In this document: positions 12,950 to 24,861 of the stretch, piece by piece
How positions within the stretch are numbered: the first letter of the stretch is position 1
Layout of the letters: every line of letters begins with the position of its first letter
Assembly (NCBI GenBank): GCA_964016885.1
Contig: OZ024757.1
Span: 10,850,001 to 10,914,000 of the forward strand
From: Eledone cirrhosa
Taxonomy: Eukaryota
Reading direction: 5' to 3'
Length of the DNA: 64,000 bases
Notes under the pieces: generated by a model
Seen by the model: only the letters and a program-made list of their open reading frames with translations
Told to the model about the DNA's origin: nothing
Database searches by the model: none
Made by a program: the position numbers and the translations under genes

Positions 12950-13240
12950 TTACTCAAAGGGAAGACATATACTGACATATATCAAAAAGATTACCACAAT
13001 AAATATGGAGCGGAGGACAAGATATGCTGGACATTGCTACTGAGGTTAGGATGACATAATGAGCTGGCTCCTGTGGTGGATACCTAAACATTGTAAGACT
13101 CTAGTAGTAAGACCCCAGATGTCTCAGGATGTCCAGCTGGAGATTAATGATCTCAGGAATGCCATGGAAAATCATGACATCTAAAAGAGAAGAGTAGAAT
13201 TGTTCTGGCCAATCCACCTGATTTAATAAATGATAATGAT
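12950..13240 (+). mobile_element. Degenerate LINE 3' fragment (RTE-like, related to 46795-47436)
   Basis: Reads RRTRYAGHCY*..WLLWWIPKH, resembling [14 protein letters not shown] of the element at 46.8-47.4 kb. Confidence 0.5.
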
Positions 13241-13392
13241 AATAATATATATTAATGAACATTTATTATGAGGAAATATGTTAGAAATTATTCTCAGAGG
13301 TTTTGTATTGTAATTCACAAATACACTCTGGAGGAAGTTCCGCTTCATATTATTTGTCATTAAGGTTTCTTATAGAGACACTTCATTGTTGA

Positions 13393-13757
13393 GGGGTTGT
13401 ATTGGCAGAATCAGTAGAGTGTCAGACGATATGCTTTGTGTCATATAGTTACATCCCTTTACATTCTGTATTAAAATCTTGCTGAGGTTAGCTTTACTTT
13501 TCTTGCTCAGAAGTTCAGTAAAATAAAGTATCAGTAATCTACTGTGGTTGATTTAATCAACTTTCTCCTTCCCTTCCAATTGTGGCCTTGAGTTAAAAGT
13601 AGAAACAGTTATTTAAAGTCTATAAAACAATAGATAGAATGCTTTCTGCCATATTTGTTCTGGTTCTCTGCTCTGAGTTTAAATCCTGCTGAGGTCAACT
13701 TTGCCTTTCATCCATTCAAGGTTGATAAGAAAAAAGTACCAGTCTACCACTGGGGTC
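13393..13757 (+). mobile_element. Two degenerate family-A SINE copies
   Basis: ttggcagaatcagtagag head; gaggtcaactttgcctttcatcc...gataag..aagtaccag body. Confidence 0.65.
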
Positions 13758-14481
13758 TGTTCTTCCTCTCTATATTTCTTCTCTCTCCTTCTCTGGAAGT
13801 AATCAACTGTTCCACCCTGGTGAGTGAAGGGCTCCACCAAGCTTCAAATGTCCACAGTGGTACCCCTATGACTCCATCAGTGCAAGAAAAACAAAACAAA
13901 ATATGAATGTATTTATTTTATAAACCTTAACTGGTTTATATTCATATTTGTGACAAAATATCCACATTTATGTTTAAATAAAAACAATTTTACAACTTTA
14001 ATATTTGTTGGATGGTACGGTCATGACAGTTCAAATTAGGACTTTTAAAAAAAATTAACATTTGAAAATACTTTACAACTTTCTTCTCTTTATCTTTATC
14101 CATTCCTGAGAGGGTTTTAGTGGGTAGAGTCCTCACACACCCCTTCTAGGTCCTATGTTTGTAAAGTTTCCTCTATATACTACACACACACAAAACCACA
14201 TCACTCTGCACACACACACCACATCCCACACAACGGACACACATCATCCCACACCACACCACACCACATACAAACCAGGTAGTTATACTAACCCAGTATC
14301 TTGGTTTTAGTGATTTTTTTGTAACAAATCTCAACATCCCAGACCTTAGCAAGTGGAGTGGAACTCATCAGATTGGATATTAAATGATGAGCTGTTACAT
14401 CATTTGTGTCAACCTGTTTCAGCCATTCCTTTGGACAACATTATAGTGTATGTATGTAGTATATATATATATATGTATGTA

Positions 14482-14526
<45 letters not shown>

Positions 14527-14564
14527 TTATTCATATATATATACATATATATATAGAGAGAGAG

Positions 14565-14595
<31 letters not shown>

Positions 14596-14601
<6 letters not shown>

Positions 14602-17600
14602 TTAGAAACACACAGATACATGCGGACACACACATATATACATGAATGCATCCGCACCCAACTGTGAGTTAAGGGTGCCAACTTCACCGATGTTGCTCAA
14701 TGAATGACTGGGACAGACCAATTCAGTTTGAACCAGACTGAACCAGTATCAGAGTTAAAAATACATTATGAAGAGAGAAGAAACATTTAGATATAATTAG
14801 TAATAAAATGTATCATACCTAAACTGTTCCTAAATTCCTCGACTACGTAGTTTCGTGGCATAAACAAAAACAATATATCAAAGATATAGAGTCCTTGCGA
14901 GGTCTGCCGACTTATCAAGAGGATACCTCATTTTACTAGTCTCAAGAACGCGTCTACACGACGTGAGAAAGAATCCCAAAAGGCGGAGGGGGAGATAGTC
15001 ACGCGATATAACGGTCGAGAAACAGAGCTAAGCCTCTTATAACCACGAAAAAAATACCACGGAGGCGGAGGGGGTATTCATATCGAGGCCGTAGAAGAGG
15101 TAGTGAAGAAGGCGAGAAGTATGAGTAATGGAAGCTTTCCAGTTGTCCCCACACTTCAAAGATTGCTCGACCAGAGGGAGTTATTAATACATTTAGAAAC
15201 ACACAGATACATGCGGACACACACATATATACATGAATGCATCCGCACCCAACTGTGAGTTAAGGGTGCCAACTTCACCGATGTTGCTCAATGAATGACT
15301 GGGACAGACCAATTCAGTTTGAACCAGACTGAACCAGTATCAGAGTTAAAAATACATTATGAAGAGAGAAGAAACATTTAGATATAATTAGTAATAAAAT
15401 GTATCATACCTAAACTGTTCCTAAATTCCTCGACTACGTAGTTTCGTGGCATAAACAAAAACAATATATCAAAGATATAGAGTCCTTGCGAGGTCTGCCG
15501 ACTTATCAAGAGGATACCTCATTTTACTAGTCTCAAGAACGCGTCTACACGACGTGAGAAAGAATCCCAAAAGGCGGAGGGGGAGATAGTCACGCGATAT
15601 AACGGTCGAGAAACAGAGCTAAGCCTCTTATAACCACGAAAAAAATACCACGGAGGCGGAGGGGGTATTCATATCGAGGCCGTAGAAGAGGTAGTGAAGA
15701 AGGCGAGAAGTATGAGTAATGGAAGCTTTCCAGTTGTCCCCACACTTCAAAGATTGCTCGACCAGAGGGAGTTATTAATACATTTAGAAACACACAGATA
15801 CATGCGGACACACACATATATACATGAATGCATCCGCACCCAACTGTGAGTTAAGGGTGCCAACTTCACCGATGTTGCTCAATGAATGACTGGGACAGAC
15901 CAATTCAGTTTGAACCAGACTGAACCAGTATCAGAGTTAAAAATACATTATGAAGAGAGAAGAAACATTTAGATATAATTAGTAATAAAATGTATCATAC
16001 CTAAACTGTTCCTAAATTCCTCGACTACGTAGTTTCGTGGCATAAACAAAAACAATATATCAAAGATATAGAGTCCTTGCGAGGTCTGCCGACTTATCAA
16101 GAGGATACCTCATTTTACTAGTCTCAAGAACGCGTCTACACGACGTGAGAAAGAATCCCAAAAGGCGGAGGGGGAGATAGTCACGCGATATAACGGTCGA
16201 GAAACAGAGCTAAGCCTCTTATAACCACGAAAAAAATACCACGGAGGCGGAGGGGGTATTCATATCGAGGCCGTAGAAGAGGTAGTGAAGAAGGCGAGAA
16301 GTATGAGTAATGGAAGCTTTCCAGTTGTCCCCACACTTCAAAGATTGCTCGACCAGAGGGAGTTATTAATACATTTAGAAACACACAGATACATGCGGAC
16401 ACACACATATATACATGAATGCATCCGCACCCAACTGTGAGTTAAGGGTGCCAACTTCACCGATGTTGCTCAATGAATGACTGGGACAGACCAATTCAGT
16501 TTGAACCAGACTGAACCAGTATCAGAGTTAAAAATACATTATGAAGAGAGAAGAAACATTTAGATCTCTGGTCGAGCAATCTTTGAAGTGTGGGGACAAC
16601 TGGAAAGCTTCCATTACTCATACTTCTCGCCTTCTTCACTACCTCTTCTACGGCCTCGATATGAATACCCCCTCCGCCTCCGTGGTATTTTTTTCGTGGT
16701 TATAAGAGGCTTAGCTCTGTTTCTCGACCGTTATATCGCGTGACTATCTCCCCCTCCGCCTTTTGGGATTCTTTCTCACGTCGTGTAGACGCGTTCTTGA
16801 GACTAGTAAAATGAGGTATCCTCTTGATAAGTCGGCAGACCTCGCAAGGACTCTATATCTTTGATATATTGTTTTTGTTTATGCCACGAAACTACGTAGT
16901 CGAGGAATTTAGGAACAGTTTAGGTATGATACATTTTATTACTAATTATATCTAAATGTTTCTTCTCTCTTCATAATGTATTTTTAACTCTGATACTGGT
17001 TCAGTCTGGTTCAAACTGAATTGGTCTGTCCCAGTCATTCATTGAGCAACATCGGTGAAGTTGGCACCCTTAACTCACAGTTGGGTGCGGATGCATTCAT
17101 GTATATATGTGTGTGTCCGCATGTATCTGTGTGTTTCTAAATGTATTAATAACTCCCTCTGGTCGAGCAATCTTTGAAGTGTGGGGACAACTGGAAAGCT
17201 TCCATTACTCATACTTCTCGCCTTCTTCACTACCTCTTCTACGGCCTCGATATGAATACCCCCTCCGCCTCCGTGGTATTTTTTTCGTGGTTATAAGAGG
17301 CTTAGCTCTGTTTCTCGACCGTTATATCGCGTGACTATCTCCCCCTCCGCCTTTTGGGATTCTTTCTCACGTCGTGTAGACGCGTTCTTGAGACTAGTAA
17401 AATGAGGTATCCTCTTGATAAGTCGGCAGACCTCGCAAGGACTCTATATCTTTGATATATTGTTTTTGTTTATGCCACGAAACTACGTAGTCGAGGAATT
17501 TAGGAACAGTTTAGGTATGATACATTTTATTACTAATTATATCTAAATGTTTCTTCTCTCTTCATAATGTATTTTTAACTCTGATACTGGTTCAGTCTGG

Positions 17601-19339
17601 TTCAAACTGAATTGGTCTGTCCCAGTCATTCATTGAGCAACATCGGTGAAGTTGGCACCCTTAACTCACAGTTGGGTGCGGATGCATTCATGTATATATG
17701 TGTGTGTCCGCATGTATCTGTGTGTTTCTAAATGTATTAATAACTCCCTCTGGTCGAGCAATCTTTGAAGTGTGGGGACAACTGGAAAGCTTCCATTACT
17801 CATACTTCTCGCCTTCTTCACTACCTCTTCTACGGCCTCGATATGAATACCCCCTCCGCCTCCGTGGTATTTTTTTCGTGGTTATAAGAGGCTTAGCTCT
17901 GTTTCTCGACCGTTATATCGCGTGACTATCTCCCCCTCCGCCTTTTGGGATTCTTTCTCACGTCGTGTAGACGCGTTCTTGAGACTAGTAAAATGAGGTA
18001 TCCTCTTGATAAGTCGGCAGACCTCGCAAGGACTCTATATCTTTGATATATTGTTTTTGTTTATGCCACGAAACTACGTAGTCGAGGAATTTAGGAACAG
18101 TTTAGGTATGATACATTTTATTACTAATTATATCTAAATGTTTCTTCTCTCTTCATAATGTATTTTTAACTCTGATACTGGTTCAGTCTGGTTCAAACTG
18201 AATTGGTCTGTCCCAGTCATTCATTGAGCAACATCGGTGAAGTTGGCACCCTTAACTCACAGTTGGGTGCGGATGCATTCATGTATATATGTGTGTGTCC
18301 GCATGTATCTGTGTGTTTCTAAATGTATTAATAACTCCCTCTGGTCGAGCAATCTTTGAAGTGTGGGGACAACTGGAAAGCTTCCATTACTCATACTTCT
18401 CGCCTTCTTCACTACCTCTTCTACGGCCTCGATATGAATACCCCCTCCGCCTCCGTGGTATTTTTTTCGTGGTTATAAGAGGCTTAGCTCTGTTTCTCGA
18501 CCGTTATATCGCGTGACTATCTCCCCCTCCGCCTTTTGGGATTCTTTCTCACGTCGTGTAGACGCGTTCTTGAGACTAGTAAAATGAGGTATCCTCTTGA
18601 TAAGTCGGCAGACCTCGCAAGGACTCTATATCTTTGATATATTGTTTTTGTTTATGCCACGAAACTACGTAGTCGAGGAATTTAGGAACAGTTTAGGTAT
18701 GATACATTTTATTACTAATTATATCTAAATGTTTCTTCTCTCTTCATAATGTATTTTTAACTCTGATACTGGTTCAGTCTGGTTCAAACTGAATTGGTCT
18801 GTCCCAGTCATTCATTGAGCAACATCGGTGAAGTTGGCACCCTTAACTCACAGTTGGGTGCGGATGCATTCATGTATATATGTGTGTGTCCGCATGTATC
18901 TGTGTGTTTCTAAATGTATTAATAACTCCCTCTGGTCGAGCAATCTTTGAAGTGTGGGGACAACTGGAAAGCTTCCATTACTCATACTTCTCGCCTTCTT
19001 CACTACCTCTTCTACGGCCTCGATATGAATACCCCCTCCGCCTCCGTGGTATTTTTTTCGTGGTTATAAGAGGCTTAGCTCTGTTTCTCGACCGTTATAT
19101 CGCGTGACTATCTCCCCCTCCGCCTTTTGGGATTCTTTCTCACGTCGTGTAGACGCGTTCTTGAGACTAGTAAAATGAGGTATCCTCTTGATAAGTCGGC
19201 AGACCTCGCAAGGACTCTATATCTTTGATATATTGTTTTTGTTTATGCCACGAAACTACGTAGTCGAGGAATTTAGGAACAGTTTAGGTATGATACATTT
19301 TATTACTAATTATATCTAAATGTTTCTTCTCTCTTCATA

Positions 19340-19345
<6 letters not shown>
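14596..19345. repeat. Inverted tandem array of 591-bp units: 3.3 copies (14596-16565, ribozyme on minus) plus 4.7 copies (16566-19345, ribozyme on plus)
   Basis: The same 75-aa ORF recurs every 591 bp on minus (x3) and then plus (x4). No differences between copies seen on inspection. Junction tagat|ctctgg at 16565/16566. Both outer ends run into (TA)n. Confidence 0.97.
16819..16906 (+). ncRNA. Type I hammerhead ribozyme in the 591-bp unit. Plus copies also at 17410, 18001, 18592, 19183; minus copies at 14836-14923, 15427-15514, 16018-16105
   Basis: Stem I TCCTC/GAGGA; core TTGATAA (U3:A8); stem II GT(C)GGCA/TGCCAC enclosing 44 nt; GAAA; palindromic stem III ACTACGTAGT; GUC cleavage triplet ending at 16901. 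Confidence 0.82.
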
Positions 19346-19382
<37 letters not shown>

Positions 19383-19487
19383 TTATACATATATAGAGAT
19401 TATATATATATATATAGATTATATTTAAATATATATAGAGAGAGATTATATATATATATATAGAGAGAGATCATATATATATATTTG

Positions 19488-20506
19488 TGTTCAAGAGACT
19501 AGGTGGAGGGGCTGGTCTGCTAGATTCATTGTGGGTAAAAAACGATGTTATAAACCTTTCTGGGTGGGAAATGACAATGGGCTGGGTGGAGTAGTATGGT
19601 GGGATGGGGGAAGTAGAGAACACTATCGGGTGGCTAGGAGACAAGTGTACCTTGCAAGAAGGGAAGCAGGGGATAGAAAGTTCAAGCATTTTCTACAACA
19701 CGAGGACCAAAAACGTGAGTTGTTCAGGATTGCTAAACAATGTGTCAAGGAAAATCGTGATATTGTCAGGGAGAAGTGAGTCCGTAATGATGATGGTGTA
19801 CTTGCCCTCACTTTTACTGATAAGAAGATAGCTTGGAAGTGTCACTACGAGAGGCTACTAAATGAGGAGAATAAATGGGAAAAAGATAGTCTTCCCCAAA
19901 TTGATCCAATAGAGGGACCAGCAGTGCAAGTTAATGGTAGTATAGTATATAAGGCAATCAAAGCTATGAAGACGGGCAAGGCAGCTGGGCCTCTGGAGAT
20001 AGTTGTTGAGATGTTGAAAGCATCTGGAATGGTGGGACATACTATGGTCACACAGATAGTAAACCAAGTAATACAGAATGGGGTCATACCAAATGATTGG
20101 CATAGCAGCATCATCGTCAACTGCTACAAGGGTAAAGGAGTTGCCCTAGATAGGGGAAACTATAGAGGCATTAAGGTAGTTGACCAAGTCATGAAGGTCA
20201 CAGAAAGAGTTATAGCGCAACTAATCAGAGACAGAATTGATCTAGATGAAATGCAGTTTTGGTTTGTGTCAGGTAAAAGTACCACAGACGCTCTTTTCCT
20301 TGTACGACAACTACAGGAGAAGTACCTATCTAAAAGTAAACCCCTATACTTAGCTTTCGTTGACTTGGAGAAAGCCTTTGACAGAGTCCCCAGCTACATT
20401 TTCTGGTGGACCCTTAGAAAATTAGGAGTAGATGAATGGCATGTGAGAGCCATGTATAAAGAAACAGTGAGCAAGTCGAGAATTAACAATGAATATAGTG
20501 AAGAAA
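19488..20506 (+). mobile_element. RTE-clade LINE (family 1) internal RT fragment
   Basis: ORF 19924-20526: YKGKG..GNYRGIK..FVDLEKAFDRVP. Confidence 0.9.
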
Positions 20507-20885
20507 TGATAGGAAGGAAGAAATAGAATGGGTACCAACAAAGATATTTATTTCTCTGTTGTTACGAGCCTCCCATTCTTCGCAGTAATCTCAGATAAAT
20601 CGTTGAAACTGCAGGTGGTCTGAAATCTGATGAATGTATTTTAATATTTGTTACCTCCTCTCACCCATTCCGATCATTTCTTTGAGTCAACTCACATCAA
20701 GCTGCTGACTTCTGTCCTTCGAGGTAATGTTTTACCCAACACAGCTTTGACGGTATTTTGCTGTTTAAACACCGAGTTTTTCCATTTTATATATATATGT
20801 AAAGGATAAACAGAAATAACAACACAATCAGTACAGTATATAGAAGGAATATATTAGGTTAATGCTTGAAATAGCAGGAAGAGGG

Positions 20886-20921
20886 TCCTAACGTTTCAGA
20901 TGCTAGTCCTTCATCAGAAGA
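20886..20921 (-). ncRNA. Minimal PLE-type hammerhead motif, partly decayed
   Basis: TCTT / CTGATGA-A / GGA-CTAGCA-TCT / GAAA-CG-TT / AGGA. Confidence 0.55.
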
Positions 20922-22013
20922 AAGAATGAGAAATTAGTTAAATTGAAGGGACGGGCAAGATGGAATTGGAAAACATATCTTTGGATAACAGGTCCATTCA
21001 TGTTGACATCTCTTGGAAAACTGTTGATGCTGGCGTTTTGTGTATGATATATTATTTGTTAAAGACTCACATTATTCCCCTATAATTTAATGAGCTCAAG
21101 GATTAGTTTCCGGGTTCTTTATAAATCACCATATAGAGAGAAGTACACATAGAGATATGTGTTCAATCATAGGGTATTAAAAACCACCAGAGTGATGAAC
21201 ATATCAACTATGGAAGTAATGCTGGATACAAATCAATTAAAATAATATATTAAAGTGTAGTAACCATCTATTTATAACTATAACATCCAGACATGCTCAA
21301 ATAAGAGTATGTTTCGCTATAAAAGGGAAGAATATATATTGTAGATGTAACTCATTGGCAGATACCTATCAATATGATCAACACTTCTAAAAATATATTA
21401 GATAACTAAGAAAACACACATGGTATAGAGAAAAGAAATGTTTTATAGCCCATGGTGGTGTGAATAGACCAAAAGACCGCTAAAAATATATATGATATGA
21501 TATACGTCTGGAAATATATTTTTATCACATGTATGTTAACATACATATGAAAATTTAGAGCTGATTTAGCTGCTATTTCTAACATTTTCCACGTTACATA
21601 TTTTTACTGTTTGGCTGCCATTTCTAGCATTTGTATTTACCACACAGACTGAAACGTTTAACAAAGGGAAATAAATCTTTAAAGCCTTCGGTTTGATATT
21701 ATCTCCCTTTGCCTGTAAAATGTATGATAGTAATCTAGACTAGAGAGCCCCTCACTAAATGTTCTTATAACTTTCTTAATAACACTTATTTTGTAATAAA
21801 GTTTTGCAGAGATACCAATTACAGTTTATAGATTAACATTCTGTAACTGAAATTACAATATATCTTTACGTACAAATGTACTAAGGCTAGAAATTGCCAG
21901 GTAGGGTGTACAGTTTTTATCACATTTTATATTTGGTAAAATAAACTATTTTATCATGACAATATAAAGAAACAGGATATAGATTTGTTTGGTATTTCTA
22001 GCGTTGATTATGG

Positions 22014-22054
<41 letters not shown>

Positions 22055-22197
22055 ATACATAGTCTTATATATGTATGTGTGTGTATATATATACATACAT
22101 ATATTTATGTTGTTTATACACATACATACATACAAATGCATATATATATATATATAGAGAGAGAGGGGGGGGGGGGGGAGAGATAGAGATAGAGAGA

Positions 22198-23330
22198 TTT
22201 CTTTATTTGCCACAAGGACGCACAATAAAAGGGGACAATACAAAGACATGCCGGGGATTTTACATACACTCGTGTAAAAAAACAAACAAAAAAAAAACAA
22301 TTACAACAATCGAAATCCTCAATAGGGGGGACACGTCACAAATGGTTGTTTAATACCCCGTAGATAGAACAACCCTCAACTCCAGGAGTATGTTGTGCAA
22401 GTGCTCCTTTCTTCCTTTTGCTCGCTTCTTTAACCTACAGGTTTATAAACAGAGAAGGCCCAATCACTCGGGCCATTTTTGCCACGTTCACCCACCTTTC
22501 CGTAAATTTACTGGGGTGCAGTGCCTCTCTCTCTACTCTGATTCTCCTTCTAAAGTGATACTTAAAGAAGGGAATGAGTTGTTGTCCGGAGAGAAAGGTA
22601 TCTGTCCTCAGTCCTCTTAATCTCGTCCACCATATAACTTCTTTCACCATAGCCACTGTACAGAGGAAAAGCGCCTCTCTTTCATTTTTGAAAGAGGCTG
22701 GCGGTTTGATCCTTACTATAGACTCAGCAGTCAACTGGATTTGTCCCATACGCGACAGCAGTTGTTCTGCATAGTTCCACAGGTCGGTTACGACCGGGCA
22801 GTGTACAACTGCGTGCAGGACGGTTTCAATGTCCTGCGCGCATCTTGGACACGTCCTCTTTGAAGGATCCCTGCCGGGGCGTCCGTGCCTGTAGATCTTG
22901 TCACGAACCGGTAGAGCTCCTCGGTAGCACTGCCAGGCCAGGGACCTCTGGAAGTTGTCCATAGGTCCCGGGCGGAAAGTCCTACCAAACAGACTGGTGA
23001 GCTCATCGTCTTCGACCCCCAGAGTCTCTCCGAGCACGACGTCGCCCTCGTAACGTACAATCCCTCTATAGAATGTCGAAGTGGAGTCTCCACTGATTGC
23101 TGTGCCTGCTTGCCAGAGGACTGTGAGCGCCTGAGCGCATTCAATGTGTCAGGTGCCCATCGTTTTCGGTCTTTTCTTGATCCAGGACTGCAGCTCCGTT
23201 AGCGAGATGATCTGCGGGAAAGCCTGTCTCACAAACGGTGCCCACACCGTTTGGAGGTCGGTGAGCAATACCTGGATATGCCGCAGCCTTAGCGCATGTT
23301 TGCGCATCATCAGCCACGGCATTCCCAGCT
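22198..23330 (-). mobile_element. Tx1/L1-clade LINE, 5'-truncated (zf-RVT C-terminus and 3' UTR)
   Basis: ORF 22435-23037 with CPRC..ETVLHAVVHC; homologous to the 3' end of the 24862-30646 element. Confidence 0.88.
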
Positions 23331-23364
23331 AGATAGATAGATAGATAGATAGATATGTATACTT

Positions 23365-23715
23365 CGGTTTTGAATTTGTTTTTCAAGATTTTTAACCTGA
23401 AAACGGGTTGTAACAGATATTGTTATACTTTGGGAGGGTCATGCTGCCAATAAAAACACACGCACCTGTTGGTTTCACTTCAATTTATTAGTATTACTAT
23501 TCGGCTAGTTTAATAACCAGACAGTTGTTTAGTTGTTGATTGTCAAAGATCTTTTGTCACATATTCTGTCACCTCTTCAGTGACTACTTTTGTAGTTATT
23601 TTGGTCTCTTCTTTTTTTGTACTACACCAACTTGTTTTTGTGAAAATTTGAAATGAAATCCAGCAGCTGTGTAGTTTTATTGGCAGGAGGACCCTTCCAA
23701 TGTATACCAATATGT
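23365..23715 (-). mobile_element. PLE pLTR remnant with a decayed hammerhead (23542-23584) and a short inverted end (about 23660-23715)
   Basis: GTCA / CTGAAGA / stem II / AAAA / GATC / TT / TGAC; tail matches the PLE pLTR end at 63950-63976. Confidence 0.6.
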
Positions 23716-24134
23716 ATATGTCATCAACATATATATATATATTAAGGAAAATGTGAAGTTTGGTGTAGATGTTAAAAGTTCCTTTATTAACAAAGCTGTG
23801 ATACACATTATAATGACAATCATGGTCACATGATTGAACAATCATGTGTCCACGTGATATCATCAGACAGCAACTTTATGTAATAAGGTTACGTCTGTGA
23901 GGCAATCCAAAGACAAGGGAATGGACAGAAATGGTAAGGTTCGTAGATGTTTTCAGAATGATATGATGTGACATTCAAACATTGTCTGGACTGATGCTAA
24001 GCCACTGCCTCCCTGTTTATGTTTCAGATAGAGGTGGTCTATGTCACTGTTGATGTGGAAACTTCCAGAACCAGTTAGAAGTTTTAGGGCTTTAGTATTA
24101 TGGCTCAGAACTCATCTTCAGTCAAGTAGTCAAT

Positions 24135-24244
24135 GATTGTTACTATTGTAATTTATTAGTCCCCAAATTTTTCGGACCACCTCCTAGATAATGTCTGGTA
24201 AATCCGAAATATTTAGGGACTGCTAAATTACTAAGGTAACAATC
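24135..24244. repeat. Small imperfect fold-back (about 45-bp arms)
   Basis: gattgttac..gtaattta..agtccc..ttcgga / tccgaa..gggact..taaattac..gtaacaatc. Confidence 0.7.
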
Positions 24245-24384
24245 AGTCATACTGGCCCTTTTATTTTCTAATTCATCTCTCTCAATTCCATTCTCACTTG
24301 TTACCTTGGTAACCCTAAGCCACTTACATTGAAGGGCTCCCTAAACAGACCCACTTTTCACTTTCATATTCTACAATGTATGAA

Positions 24385-24782
24385 GGTACATGGTTTTGTG
24401 GTTAGGGTATTTGTCTCATGATTCCCAGCAGTACATTGTGTCCTTGAGCAAGACATTTTATTTCACATTGCTCCAGTACACTCAGCTGGTAAACATCAGT
24501 GGTACAGGGTAACTCAAAAGTCACACAGGGGTCACAACTGTTTATAATTATTTTATTTAATTATTCATAAGTAATGTAGAGGTGTGACAAGGATTGACAA
24601 GTGCAAACTAATTTCCATTATGTCCTTTAAGTTGTGTCAACATTTCATACATCAATCTGTACAATTCAGGAAGTTAATAAAAACTAAAACCCCTGTATGA
24701 CTTTTGGGCCACCCTGTACCTGTAATTCGAAAGACTAGCTTTGTCACATTCTGTGTCATGCTGAATCTCCCTGAGAACTACG

Positions 24783-24785
<3 letters not shown>
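24385..24785 (+). mobile_element. tRNA-derived SINE (family B) interrupted by a MITE
   Basis: gtgtccttgagcaagaca core; continues after 24717 with ctgaatctccctgagaac, matching 30864-31146. Confidence 0.7.
24505..24716. mobile_element. Tc1/mariner-type MITE
   Basis: About 28-bp TIRs CAGGGTaactCAAAAGTCAcACAGGGGT / ACCCCTGTaTGACTTTTGggccACCCTG flanked by a TA duplication. Confidence 0.8.
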
Positions 24786-24841
<56 letters not shown>

Positions 24842-24861
24842 TAGATAGATAGATAGATAGA

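Noticed and set aside
16997-17020. Pol III A/B box-like tggttcagtctggttcaaac in the 591-bp unit
   Set aside because: Boxes overlap rather than being properly spaced; insufficient evidence.
17107-17334. 75-aa ORF repeated seven times; unit length divisible by 3
   Set aside because: Starts in a TG microsatellite, has no recognisable domain and ends in a stop, so there is no support for a protein or endless translation in this frame.
23880-24080. Possible plus-strand splice sites (gtaagg, tttcag)
   Set aside because: No coherent reading frame or recognisable homology.
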